Shown here: in pieces, positions 1 through 13,315 of the stretch | Position numbering within the stretch: the stretch's first letter is position 1 | How the letters are laid out: each line of letters starts with the position of its first letter | Assembly (NCBI RefSeq): GCF_009914755.1 | Contig: NC_060948.1 | DNA: 64,000 bases | Origin: the human T2T-CHM13v2.0 reference genome, Homo sapiens | Direction: 5' to 3' (one strand) | Position numbers and translations under genes: made by a program | Notes under the pieces: model-generated | Told to the model about the DNA's origin: nothing | Seen by the model: only the letters and a program-made list of their open reading frames with translations | Databases searched by the model: none

Positions 1-2620
1 TTTACCTTTGAATGAAAAATTTATCTTTTATGACCAAATACTGAAATGATGCATTACTGAAGATGTCATGAAAGAAAATGTAGCATGAAAAACATTTAAC
101 TTCTTGACTTCCTGAGTACCACTATTTGGATTATAAAAATATTTTAAGATAATCAAGGTGGGTCTATTTTGAAAATCTCTAACTAGTAAAAGCAGACCTA
201 TGTCTTGCAAAGCTTTTGCCACTTCCTAATGCCTCATTTGTGCCAGTTGAAAAACTGCAGTAATTAACAGGCCAAGCTGTATTCAGAAGATTCAGACACA
301 GCCAGAGAAAACTGTCTCCTCCTTTGCTACTATCAGCCTCAGGAGAGAGAATGGGTTACTCATGGACCAGATCATCTTAAAGAAGAAGCAGTGAAATACC
401 TTAGTAAAATATTAGAAACTCTTTTGATGTATAATATTACTTTACATTAGTGAATTTTTGTTGTCAGATAGGCAACTCAAATACCTACAATGCGTTTTTT
501 CAACCTTCAAACACAATTTAGCACAGTTCTCTATGCAAATATTTGAAGATATTTCCACCCATGATGAATTTTAAAGAAAATTTATTTTACTAAGGAAAAG
601 GAGCTCAGCTTTTATAGGAAAGATAACATTAATGTTTACTATAATCCTGACATATTTTGATGCATTTTTATCAAAATATTCGCTAGTTTATTTGTTTGTT
701 GACAAAAATCCATGCATATTTATGAACTGCTTAGGTAGTAAGCAGTTATTCCTAAATTTGTCAGTGAATAACTATTGCTAAATGGGAAAGTTGGTGTGAA
801 GAAATGAATATTTTAGGTGTCAGACATGCCTAAGCAAATTTCATTTTGTTTGCAATTAGTGTTTAATTCTTATCCTCAAAAATTTTCTAGTAAAAAAAGT
901 AATAACAATCATAATGTGAACAATTAACAAAAATCACCCAAAATAGGGTTTCTAAATGGAGACATTCTTAATGGCCCTTTCGTTGAATGTGTTGAGTGTC
1001 TCTAAAGAGAAAGGGTGATAACAAAGTTGTGGTTAAGGATATGTCTCCATCCAAACAAAATGTTATAAGTTTGTTAATTAGGACAATAATAAAACTAACA
1101 TCACAGATGCATTCTTTTCTTAAAACGTAGCTAAATATTTCACCTCAGCTATTGAAATCTTTTTTTCCTTTAAAAATGGGCTTTGTCTTTGTCTTTCTTT
1201 TAGCTGTTCCCTTTGTTAATTGTCCCTAACCATGGGAATGTTATTGTAGAAGAATTTCACGGCCCAAGCTATAAGAATCATTGATTAGTGGCATTCAAAT
1301 TTTACCAGCACGAGGAGAAAGCTTAGTTCCTTTAGGCTTGGGTTGGAATAGCACCCATAATTAAAGATGTCTGTCAACCCTTGTTATGCTTCTAGTCTTA
1401 ACATTTTTCCCCCCTGAACATAATTTGCTCTTTTGAAAGAATAGCTTTTTCTTGAGATTTATAGGTCACTCTTTGTTCCTTGCTAAAATCGGAAATTCTT
1501 GGCACAACACTCCGCTGTTAGCTAGATATTTTTTTCTGACTGTAGTGAGGTTTAAAGACATTAGTTCTGGGATACTTTCTGTGTGTCTCTCTTTAGGATA
1601 CTCTAAAACAGACTAGGGGCACCTTATCCAATTCTTCAAAACTATATGGAAATAGTTTAAATTAGATTTTAAGTCAATATATGATTTTAAAATTCTACTT
1701 TGGAGTACCTTAATTCAATTAATTATTTACCCAAAATGCTACTAACTTTACTGGAACCATCAAATTGTTGTTGTTCATATACATTATATGGCAGCAATTC
1801 CAACTGAAGCTATCTTCACTGTTTTTCCTCAATGAAGACCTTTTGTTATTCTTCATTGAATTAAAGAAAGCTTGAGTTTTGTCTTTTCCTGCCTGAGAGT
1901 CCTAGATAAATTATAGAAATTAGACTGGAATCCCACTGTAGATATGTTACTGAGTTTAAACTGAAATAACTCTGTGTCTAAAATAAATCACCCAAAGCTG
2001 AACAGAAAAGTTATTGGACAATTAGAAGAACATTTAATTGTATAAGATGAAACTCAGCAAGCTGTAAGGCAATGTAATTAAATAGACACAGCTTAATGAA
2101 GATAAGGAATTTGAAAGGGAAATAAGTATTTTTCAATGTATGCTAATTCAGGTAGAAAATACCTCAGCAAGATGTGTTATCCCAATTATATGTCAAGCTT
2201 AGGAAATTCAAGTTTTAAAAAAAGCACTGTTTAAAAAGGAAATATGCAAGTGAGGAACAATATTGGAACATATTTTCAGTTTTTCATGGCTATAGAGATA
2301 ACAAATGTCTTACTAGAGAAGACCCAGTACAACATGAAGACCCAGTTTTCATGGACAGCTAAATTATTTTCTTATAATTTGTAATTTTGTACAATTTCTT
2401 ACACTTATATTTCCCAGCTTCTTATTGTCATTTATCTTAAAGTTAAATTATTTTTCCTAAAGAACATTCATTCCTGAATTTGTGTGTTATTTCATCTTAT
2501 CAGCTTCAATTAATTTAACGATACACTTTTCAATCTCCATAGTGAATCAGTGCTGAGAATATCCACTAAACCTTGTCACACTTTTTGTTACTGTCCATTT
2601 TTTTAGAGAAACAGAAGTTT

Positions 2621-3197
2621 TGTAAACCAAAAAGTACCTGAGACAAGTCTCAATCAATTTAGAAAGTTTATTTTGCCGAGGTTAAGGCGGCCCCAATGAC
2701 ATAGACTCAGGAGGTCCTGATGCCACGTGCCAAGGTGGTTGGGTACCGCTTGATTTTATACATTTTAGGGAGACATAATACATAAATCAACGCATGTAAG
2801 ATTTACATTGGTTCAATCTGGAAGGGTGGGAAAACTCAAAGCAGGGGCTTCCAGGCCATAGGTAGATTCAAACATATACTGATTGGCAATTGGTTGAAAG
2901 AGTTATTATCTATAGAAAGGAAAGTCTAGATATTATAAGCGCTTGTGAGGACCTAGGATTTCTCATGCAAATGAAGCCTCCAAGTAGCAGACTTTAGAGA
3001 GAATAGATTGTTGATGTTTCTTACCAGACTTAATGTATTGCTGTTAATGTTGGCAGGGTATAATGAAGCATGCCCAACACCCACTTGCCATAATGGGTTG
3101 AACCAGTCTTTCATGTTAAATTTTAGGGGGCTCTGGCTGAGGAGGGAGCCCATTCAGATGGTTGCAGGGGGCCTTTAAATTTTATTTTTGGTTTATA
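2621..3197 (-). mobile_element. MER4-group ERV1 solo LTR
   Basis: Starts tgtaaaccaaaaagtacctgagacaagtctcaatcaatttagaaagtttattttgcc (reverse complement of MER4 3' end) and ends ggcctttaaattttatttttggtttata; 4-bp TSD GTTT at 2617-2620 and 3198-3201. Confidence 0.85.
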
Positions 3198-3566
3198 GTT
3201 TCTTTGTCCTATCCAGGTACCTTATGATCTTCAAGTTATGTACAATCCAGAGGGGGTGCGATATTTCAGCAAAATGGGGTCTTTTGGGGCAATATTTATC
3301 CTTAGTACCCCTCAATTAATGGTGCATAAAGAATTAGAAAGTAGTTGAACATAGAGTTAAATTGTAATTGGCAGTTCTGTGAGATGAAAATTTGATTTGC
3401 CTAAGTAATTTTAACCTTCTTAACATTTAGCTAATGTATACACCAAAAGATACACATTTGACCACTTGTAATTATCTCAAACCCTTACAACTTACAATCG
3501 TATTTTCATTCTTGACTTGCTCCTCTCTGAAACATACAGTTAGCTCTTTTTTGAAATCAAAACATT

Positions 3567-3636
3567 TATATAATATAATATATATAATATAATATAATAT
3601 AATATAATATAATATAATATAATATAATATAATATA
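3567..3636. repeat. (TATAA)n/AT-rich microsatellite
   Basis: Tandem aatat/tataa pentamers read directly. Confidence 0.95.
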
Positions 3637-6600
3637 GTTGAGAATGGTTCCTTGCCTAAAATAATTTTTATCATTTGCTATTAACTTGAAGGTAATATTT
3701 GAAGGTGTTTGTTTATTTGTTTTTGTTTTTTGAGGGTCCTGAAAGGGATTATTTAAGTTTAGCTATAGGCAAAATATTTATATGATTTTAGCATGAAGCC
3801 ATACATGAATAAAGCTTATTTCTTAGCTGCATCGATGTCATTAAGGAAATGATCGTAATTGAATGGGCTTAACACTTTACCTTTTCATTTTTTAAGAATA
3901 TTCAATGAGGATGCTTATTATCTTCTCATTTTATTAGATTTACTATTAATTTAATAATTTTAAATATATGTTATTGTAATTATTTATATAATGATTTAAA
4001 TAGTTTAATTCAAAGTTACAACTGGCAAAGGAATCCCTTTTATGAAACTATAATCACCTTTAAGGTTCTGGATTGATATGCTAGATACTTGATTAGGTAA
4101 TTGCCACTTAATAGGAATCTATTTTCTTAAAACTATATACAGATTTTGTGAGTGAGGAGAGGTTTAGACTCTGACTTTTTTCATTCAACTGCCATATATA
4201 TAATGAGAAGGAGGACAATAGTCTGAGCACTTTTTCTACGTCTATAGCTCAATATACATGACTATTATTTTCTTTTAAATAATAGTACACATCAGTACTA
4301 TGTTGTTACAGTTTCGGGAATCTAGTCGAATTTACACAATTTTTTCTTACCTAATATATGGAATTATTTGCTTTGCTTTTGCTTATGTTTTCTAAAATAA
4401 GCCTATCTAAAGAGTAAAATCAGAATAATTTCCCATTGCATCAAACACAGGGACAAATATTAAATGCCCAAAGTTTATTCTTTATGAAAAAAGTAAAATA
4501 TAAAGTTCAAATAAATGCAACAAAATGTACCCGGTATGCATATTGGCTGCTTGTGAAATGATTGCTACCAGTTTTACTAATTCATTTCTTCCAAATTCAT
4601 GTGAATCTAAAAAAACTAATATAAGAAAATATATTTGGAAACTGTGTTTCTTTCAATAATCTATTCTGATATGCAGAGTTTTTACTGTATGGATAGGAAG
4701 AGTGATTAGATTTATTAACTAGGTCTCATTAGTTCAAAACATCATTACACTGTTTCTCTCTGTCTTTAGCGACTGTGTAGGATCTTCCTTTATTCATTGT
4801 ATAATTTCAACATCTGGTACAGTTTCAGTAGTTTTTTCTCTTTTTTCTCAAATTTTAAAAATTAAGCTTAATGTCCTCATGCAAATATGACTTTTATAGC
4901 TCATACAATTGAATTAAATTCACTATGTGTGCCTATTTGTCTAATTAGGTCAATAAAGTCGCCATTAATTTTAGATTGTCCATCTGATATTATGCAATTC
5001 TTCTCACATTGAGAAAATCATCACTAGAATATTTCATGACAAAACAATACTGGTTCTTTTAAAAATGTGTGAGCTTCTATTTTGCATATACTTTCATACC
5101 ATCTTTCCAAAAGAAAGGTAATAGCCATGAATAAATATTGTCTTGGATCTAAAGTTGCTACAACTTCCCTTTAATATCTGAAGACTGGAAGAATCAAAGT
5201 AGCCTGACACTTCTAAGTCAGAACATAAGTGTTTTCACAAGATACACCCTCAGAAGCATATTTGTGGTTTTTAAAAACTACTTGAACATTTTTACATCTG
5301 TCCAAGATGGAATAAGAGGGACTAGATTTATCCTACTTCTGAAACAACTAAAAGAGAGAGAGAATATATGAAATGACATCTGTCAAATTATGGACCTCAG
5401 GCAAAAAAGGACAGTGATCCCTGACAGACAGGAAACAAGTGAAGTAAACCTAAAATTTCCACAGCTCACAATCTTGAGGGAGTTGCCAGAACACAATGCA
5501 GAGAAAGATAATCCAGGTGGAGCCTGAATAACTTCCTGAGTTAAGGAGACAGAGATGGTTAGAATTTCTGGAGCAAAGTACTGAAGAGAAAAGAGCTAGA
5601 CAGAGAGAATACCCTGGAGATCAGCACAGGGTCTCCCTTGGGTATTCATCAGCTTGTTGATCAGTGTATTTGTGAGGGAAACATCTGAAGTCACTGTGAA
5701 AAAGCCATCCAGTAGTATTACAGAATAATGCCTGGTTCTTATACATGGCTAGAAATAGTGCCTGTTTCTACTAGTCAGACTGGAAAAAAAATTATGTTTC
5801 TAAGGCACTGAACAGAGTACTCCAAAAGGTCTTTCTCAGTAGTGGGACATAATTAGCCCCTAGATGAAGCATAACTCTGCATCTACTAACAAATAACAAA
5901 AAGAAGGCCTGAAAGAATCAAACTTTTGAAGTAACTTATATTCATTCCAGATAAAATCTTGATCATATTTATAAAAATAGAAAAATATCTGGAAGCCAAC
6001 ACAGTGAATTTCACAATGAATGACATAGAAGCAAAGATTAGTGAACATACTAATAAGCAGGGAATCATAAGCTATAATGAGTAGAATAATCAACAGAAAC
6101 TGAGAGCTGACACAAATATTAGGATTAGCATATAATAGCATCTTAAAATGTTATTGTAATTGTGTTTTCTATGTTCAAAATGTTGAGTAGAGATACATAA
6201 GATATTAAAAAGACTCAAATCAAACTTCCAGAAATGCCAGCCAAAATGTATGAGAGGTAAAAATGCACAGGATGGAATTCATGTTAGAGTAGACATGCAA
6301 GAAGAAAAGATCAGTGAATATGAAGACATAGCAATACAAACTATTCAAAATGAAATACAGAATAATGACTTTTTAAAATGACAACAAAAGTAACTGAGCT
6401 CTGGGACAATTTCAAGTAGCTTTATTTATGTGGAACTAGAGTCTAAGAAGGAGAGGAGGTGTGAGACAGGCAGAAAAAAATATTTGAGTTAATAATGGCA
6501 AAAATTTTCCAAATTTAATGACGGCTCTGAACTCATCAAGTCAAGAAGGTTAATGAATCCAAGCACAAGAAACATGAAGAAAACTGCACCCATTACAGCT

Positions 6601-7015
6601 CATAATAATCAAATTGCTCAAACTCAATGATAAAGAAAAAAAAATGTAACGCAGCCAGAGAAACAAGACACACTATGTAGAGAGAAACAAAGATGACAGC
6701 AGAATTCTTGTCTGAAACAATGCAAGTAAAAAGACAGTGGAGGGCTGTCTTTAAAGTGCTGAAAGAAAAAAAAAAGTCTACCTAGAATTTTATATCCAAT
6801 GAAAATATCTTTCAAAACTGAGGGCAAAATAAAGATATTTCCAACATACAAAAGTTGAAAGAATTTATCACCAGCCCACGGAAATGCTGAAGTCCATCAG
6901 GCAGGGAAAAATAAAATGCCAGATGGAAATGTGGACATACAAAAACAAAGAATAACACTACAAATGATCACTACAGGGTAAATATACAAGCTAGTTTTTG
7001 TATCATTAAACTCTC

Positions 7016-7406
7016 TGATATAGTTTGGATGTGTGCCCTGCCTAAACCTAATACTGAAATATAATTCCCAGTTTTGGAGGTGGGCCTGGTGGGAGGTGAT
7101 TGGATTATGGGAGTGGATTTCTCGTGAGTGGTTTACCACCATCCCCCTTGTTATTGTCCTTGTGATAATGAGTGAGTTCTCATTAGATCTGATCATTTAA
7201 AAGTATGCAGCCCTTCCCCCATGCCTCTCTTGCTCCTGCTTCAACTTCCGCCATGATTGTAAGCCTCCAGATGCCTACTCCAGAGCAGATGCTGATGTTA
7301 TACTTCCTGTACAGCCTGCAGAACCATAAGCCAATTAAAGATCTTATTTTCTTTTAAATTACCCAGTTTCAGGTATTTATAGTAACGCAAGAACAGCCTT
7401 AACACA
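7016..7406 (+). mobile_element. MST (MSTA/B-like) MaLR solo LTR
   Basis: tgatatagtttggatgtgtgccc...ggaggtgggcctggtgggaggtgattgg...aaattacccagtttcaggtattt...aacaca; TG..CA termini. Confidence 0.85.
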
Positions 7407-7593
7407 CTGTATTATAAAATAACTTAGCTATTTATAAAACATTAATGACAATATATTGGAGTTTATAACATATATAAGTAAAATGTATTTCAATAATAGC
7501 ACAAAAGTTTGGAAGAGGAGATATAGAAGTCTGTGTGTGCATGGGCGCACATGCGCATGTATACACACACAGGCACACAAACATATATATGTA

Positions 7594-7881
7594 TTGTTTT
7601 TGAAAACAGGATCTCACTCTGTTGCCTAGTCTGGAGGGCCATGGCTGAGTCATGGCTCACTGCAGCCTCACCCTCCTGAGACCAAATGATCTCCTGGCTC
7701 AGACTCCCAAGTAACTAGGACTAAGGGTTACCACACATGGCTAATAGAATTTTTTTTTTTTTGTAGAGATAAGGTCTCATTATGTTGCCCAGGTTGGTCT
7801 CAGACTCCTGAGCTCAACTGATACTCTTGCCTCAGCCTCCCAAAGTGTTGGAATTATAGGTGTGAGCCACTGCGCCTGGTC
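7594..7881 (-). mobile_element. AluJ (diverged); tail region decayed into a CA/TA microsatellite at ~7533-7593
   Basis: Reverse-complement Alu dimer with J-type motifs (catggctcactgcagcctc, ggtctcattatgttgcccagg, ctcctgagctcaa). Confidence 0.9.
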
Positions 7882-8057
7882 AGAAGTATATTATTGCAAT
7901 GTTTTTATAATATACGTGATGTAGGATAATATAGTCTGAAGGCAGTCTGTGATAAGTTAAAGGTATATACTATTAGTAGTAAAGCAACCACTAAAATGAA
8001 AAAGTTGTATCTAAAAAGACAACAGAAATAAAATTTGATTATAAAAAATATTCAATC

Positions 8058-8165
8058 TACTGTAGTCACTAATAACTTAATTGTGCATTTTAAAATAACT
8101 TAAGGAGTATAATTGGATTGTTTGTAATTCAAAGGATAAATGCTCACGGGGATGGATACCCCACC
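8058..8165 (+). mobile_element. Short L1MA 3'UTR fragment
   Basis: tgtagtcactaataacttaattgtgcattttaaaataact...aaaggataaatgctc..ggggatggataccc; similar to 21349-21443 of the L1MA in this window. Confidence 0.7.
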
Positions 8166-9963
8166 TTCAGAAAAGAAGGCAGAGAAAGAAGAAAACAGGA
8201 AAGACATAGGACAAACAAAAAAACAAATAGCAAGAAAATGGGAAAGACATAGGACAAACAAAAAAAAAATTCTTACAAACAACCAGTAACACCTTTAAAT
8301 ATAAACAGTGTAAACACCTCAATTAAAATGCAGATCATCAGGTTTGATAAAAATAGACAAGATTTTAATGTAGGCTCTCTACAAAAATTCACTTTAATTC
8401 TGAAAACACATCTTAAATTATACATTATGTAAACAATAGTTAAAAGAAGTGGAAATGGCTATTTAATATCAGAAAAATAGATTTCAGAGTAAATAATACT
8501 AATAGAGATCAAGCAAGATAGTTCATAATGTTAAAGGCATGCATTCATCAAGAGGATATACTCATTATTCATGTTCGTGCAACTAATAAAAGAACCTTAA
8601 AATACATGAAGTAAAAACTGGTAGAACTGCAGGGAAAAGTAGAAGGATTAACAATTTTGGTTGGGAATTTCAATATTCTTTCATCAACTGATTCAACAAG
8701 TTTTGTGATCAGAGAGGACATAATAGACTGGATTGCCACTGTCAACTAACTTGACCTAATTGACATTTATTGAACATTCCACTCAATGATAGCCGAATAC
8801 GTTCTTTGCAAGTGCACATAGAGAATCTACTAAGATACACTCCATTCTGGACTATAAAATGTTTCAATAAATTTAAAAGAATTCATGTTATAGAAAGTAT
8901 GTTCAGTAACCTCAATGGAATTCAACTGTATATCAATAAGGGAAATATACCTGGAAACATCTCCAAATAATTAAAAACTAAATAGCACATTTTTAAATAA
9001 ATTATTGGTACCAAAATAAAACATTTTGAACTGAATGGAAATGGAAAAATCAGTTTGTCAGAATTTCCGTGATGCTACTAAACCAGGAAATAGGGGGAAA
9101 TTTATAGTGCTTTTATTAGAAGCAATGACCTCAGTCTTAATTTATTAGAAAAGAAAAAAAAGGAAAAGAATCAAGGACCTCAGGCTTAATATTAAGCAAC
9201 TGGAAGAAGAAGAACAAGTTAAACACAAAGGAATCACACACAAAAACAATAGCGCTCAAAGCCAAAACCAGTGAAATTATAAACAGAAAAAGCAAGAGAA
9301 AATCAGTCAACCCAAAGGTTCATTGTCTTTGAAAAAATCAGTAAAATTATAACTGATAAATCTCTAGCCAGACATAAGAAGAGAAGATGCAACTTTGTAA
9401 TATCAACAATGAGAGAAGTGACATCACTACAGATTAGAAAGACATTAAAAGAAGAAAGACGAAATATTTTGAACAACCTTATGCATATAAATTTGACAAC
9501 TTTGATGAAATATACAAATTACTCGAAAAATGCAAACAACCAAAGTTCACTAAAGGAGAAATAGATAAGCTGATTAGTCCTATATCTATTAAGGAAATGG
9601 AATTCCTTGTTTAAAACCTTCCCACAAAGGCGACGGCAAGCCCATATGGCTTCACTTGTCAATTCTACTAAGTGTTTAAAGGAAATATAACACTAATTCC
9701 ATAAAAAATTTTTCTGATAGTTAAAGTGGAGAGAATACCTCCCAGTTCCTTCTATCAGGCCAGCATTGCCCTGATAAAGAAACTAAACAAAACTAAAAAT
9801 CCAAAAGAAAAAAAGAAAACTAAAGATCAACATCCTTAATGAATATAGATATAAAATTCTAAACAAAATTGTATCAGTCAAATCCAACATGATATACGTC
9901 ATTTGCAAGTGATGTTTATTCTAGGATGCAAGGATGGTTTAGCTCTTTAAAATCTATCAATAT

Positions 9964-10489
9964 TATTCAGTGCTTAAAAGAAATGATATATCAAGCCATG
10001 AAAAGACATGGAGGAAACATAAATGTGTATTACTAAGTGAAAGAAGTCAATCTGAAAATGCTACTTACTGTATGATTTCAACTAGATGACATTCTGGAAA
10101 AAGCAAAGTAAAAAGATTAATTGTTGCCAGGGGTTGTGAGGGGTCTGGAGTTGGAGTGGGGAGGATAAACAGTTGGAACATGGAGGATTTTCAAGGCAGT
10201 GGAACTACTCTGTATGATACTATAATGGTGGAAACATTTCATTGTACATTTGTCTAAACCCATAAAATGTACACCAAGTGTGAACCCAAATGCAAACTAT
10301 GAACTTTAGCTAATAATGATGTGTCAGTGTAGGTTCATCAATTGTAACAAATGTACCACTTTGGTGGGGGCTATTAACACGTAAGAAACGATGCATGTGT
10401 GGAGTAGACAGTATACGAAAAATCTCTGTACCTTCCTCTCAATTTTGCTGTGATCCTAAAATTGCTCTAAAAAATAAAGTCTATTAAAA
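9964..10489 (+). mobile_element. L1MC1-like 3' end nested in the older L1
   Basis: aagccatgaaaagacatggaggaa...aagtgaaagaagtcaatctgaaaa...aaaataaagtctattaaaa; host ORF2 sequence resumes after 10490. Confidence 0.8.
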
Positions 10490-11066
10490 CAAATCAATTA
10501 ATATATTTTACCATATTAAGAAAACTGAAAAAGGAAAAGCACGTGATCATCACAGCAAATATAAGAAAAATATTTGACAAAATTTATCATCCGGTCCTTA
10601 TAAAAATTCTTAGTAACATACAAATAGAAAAGAACTTCCACAACTTAAGATAGAACATCCATGTAAAACCTACAGCTAACGTCATAATAATGGTGAAAAA
10701 CAGAATGCTTTCCCCCTGAATATCAAAAGCAAGATATGCAATTATTAGGAAACTATTGTATTAGAAGTTAACAACACAATCTTTAATCTATCAGTTAGTA
10801 GTTCACATCTGACAGTTGAAAACAGAATAACAGCCATGCCATAGTTAAGAGAAAACACGTAAATATTACTAATCATGATACTCCACATTTCTTTCAGACT
10901 AGAAAGTAAGAAAAAAAAAAGCCACAGGCTTACTTATAGGTTTTGATGTTTTGATGCAGCCATTAAAACATCCAATAAACTCGGTGAGAGCCATCTGTGA
11001 TTTCACCTTAGCTGGCTTAGCTGCTTTTCTCCTTTCAGAAGTGCATATCCCAAAGCTGTATCTCTT

Positions 11067-11070
<4 letters not shown>

Positions 11071-11112
<42 letters not shown>
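11071..11112. repeat. (TG)21 microsatellite
   Basis: Perfect TG run. Confidence 0.98.
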
Positions 11113-11114
<2 letters not shown>

Positions 11115-12089
11115 CGCTTGCTCTTGTTCAGTGCTTAATAACAGACTTACAAAAGCTTTTAGTATACAACTAGATTTCCTTGATCACATTATGCTAGAAT
11201 TTGGGTGACCTACTCCACACACAACACAGGAAATTGATGGTAACTTGTGAAGTGAGTAGAAGTGACTGAATTTAATTTGGAAGAGTCCCCAAAAAACAAT
11301 TAGTTTAGCTTGAAATTCTTATAAGGAGAGTTTTGGGTACTGTTAGGTTTCATTTTATTTGCCTATACTCCAGAAAAAAAAAGAAAACTACATCAAAACT
11401 GTTGTGATGAAAGCTAGTGATCTTCAGCACATCAAAACTTGTTCAAAATGCTTGCATCTGATCTCACACAATAGGGATATTCACACAAAATATCTGTATA
11501 GAAATCATGTTTTAAAAATTAAGAAACAAAATACATGAAGAAAGTAACTTTCGGGTGAATCATATAGTGCATCATTATGTAACATCAAATAAGCCTTTGA
11601 TATTTCCTCATTTTTCTTAGATTTTTATACACTGGCTCTATCTGTAGAAAGTAGGCTGGAAGGGAAATATTCTTATAGGACACAAATTGAAATAGTTTAT
11701 TTTAGTTGATCCCTTAAAATCTCTTAGTAATAGTCAAAGAATTATGTATGGGTTTACTTTTTAAATGGATTTACACATTTAATGAAACCATGTAAGATGA
11801 AACTAGGATATTTATCATTTAGCATCTTATTTTCATTAGTTGACAGAAAAAAATCCTTTTGTAGAACTTATTTTAAAGGCATTTCATACTGTTAAAAAGG
11901 AACAGCTTTCAAAATACAAATCAAGTATATAAATCCATTAAGTGCAGTCACATCAATACTTAGGTCAAAACCATCACATGACACATAGTACTATAAGATC
12001 ATACTTAAAATCCCTCTTATCTGTAAGTCTTTATATTAACTGCTTAGAATTGCAGCTGTCTCCCTTATTTTTCTCTAAGTCTTCGTAGA

Positions 12090-12093
<4 letters not shown>

Positions 12094-12137
<44 letters not shown>
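12094..12137. repeat. (AT)22 microsatellite
   Basis: Perfect AT run. Confidence 0.98.
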
Positions 12138-12139
<2 letters not shown>

Positions 12140-13204
12140 TTAAATGTCAGAAGGATAGTGTTGTTTTCATATAGAGTGGAAATGACTAGATACTTAAAAA
12201 TACATTGTTCCTATGGAAAGTAATCTCTGGAGGTTTAGATTAAAGAAAAATACTATTCGGGTATGAGATGAAAGCTATATAAAATGACTAATTTTATTTC
12301 AATTTTATAATCATTCAGGGCTACATCTTTCAACCTTATCTCTAAAATATGCAAGTAGATAGCAGGACAATACTAGAGTGCCGTGTTAATTCCCTTTGCT
12401 AATGTACTGGCAGTCAAAACTGAAAGACTACAATTTTATGAAAGCAAGAATAAATTGCATGTAATCCTGGCCTTTACAATGAAAGTCAAACTTAACCCTA
12501 AATGAAATTCCTAAATTTTTAGGGCCTCTTTTATCCCAAAATGCAAAGGCCAGTTTTGTCATACATGATGAATTAGATGCGCCACGTTCTTGTATTAACC
12601 TCCAAAGAAGGCAACTCTTGGTATTCTAAACATCTTTTTAAGTCAGAAGACAAGTATATGATAATAAATCTCTGAAATTGTTATGGGCAAAATTTTCTGG
12701 TGTTCTAAAAATGCAGCCTATTTGCCAGCATCTTATAATAAATATTATAAGTAAAAAATAATGGTAAATTTATAGTTTTGTTGCAAAGAAAGAATTATAG
12801 TAGGCTCTTACAAAAACTAAAATTTGTCTTCTAAGTTCAGATAATCGTAGGATGAAACCGAACCTTTACCCATTTTGAAATTGCTGCATGTTTCCAAACC
12901 CATCTTGGACTTTCTATACCCTACTTCTCAGCTCTGTTTCTAGTTGCATTGCCAGATTTCAGTTTAGCCATTTAGTACCAACTACTTTTGGCATGAAACA
13001 ATGATTCAGGAATTAGCTAGACAATTGTTAGTGTTTAGGTGCTATAACTACATTATACTTTTAATTGGGACACACAACACAAAGAATGGATAAGGAAGAT
13101 TTTATACATACACATGCTGAATCCTCTCCGTGGTGAAACGGAATACTCAGAGCCATTTTATTTAGTACACTAGGATGTGTTTGGGGTATTTTTTTGTTAG
13201 TTGT

Positions 13205-13315
13205 ACTCCTCACAGTACCCCTTTAGATATAGACATTATTGTGATTCCCATTTTACAGATAAGGAAGAACAAGTGATTTAAATTATTGACCCAGAATCAC
13301 ATATCTTGGAAGTGC
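13205..13315 (-). mobile_element. MIR SINE fragment
   Basis: MIR core in reverse: attcccattttacagataaggaa. Confidence 0.65.

Larger units (their letters stand above)
5295..10735 (+). mobile_element. Ancient L1M (L1MC/MD-type) 5'UTR-ORF1-ORF2 remnant, interrupted by MST, AluJ and younger L1 fragments
   Basis: ccaagatggaataaga...gaaacaactaaaa 5' motif; degenerate ORF1 (cctagaattttatatccaatgaaaatatctttcaaaactgaggg); ORF2 EN/RT-like A-rich segments (gacatcactacagat, aaaaccttcccacaaag, aaaacctacagctaac); no intact ORF. Confidence 0.8.

Noticed and set aside
1-2610. Unique AT-rich region as possible exon or UTR
   Set aside because: No convincing ORF, splice pair or recognisable homology
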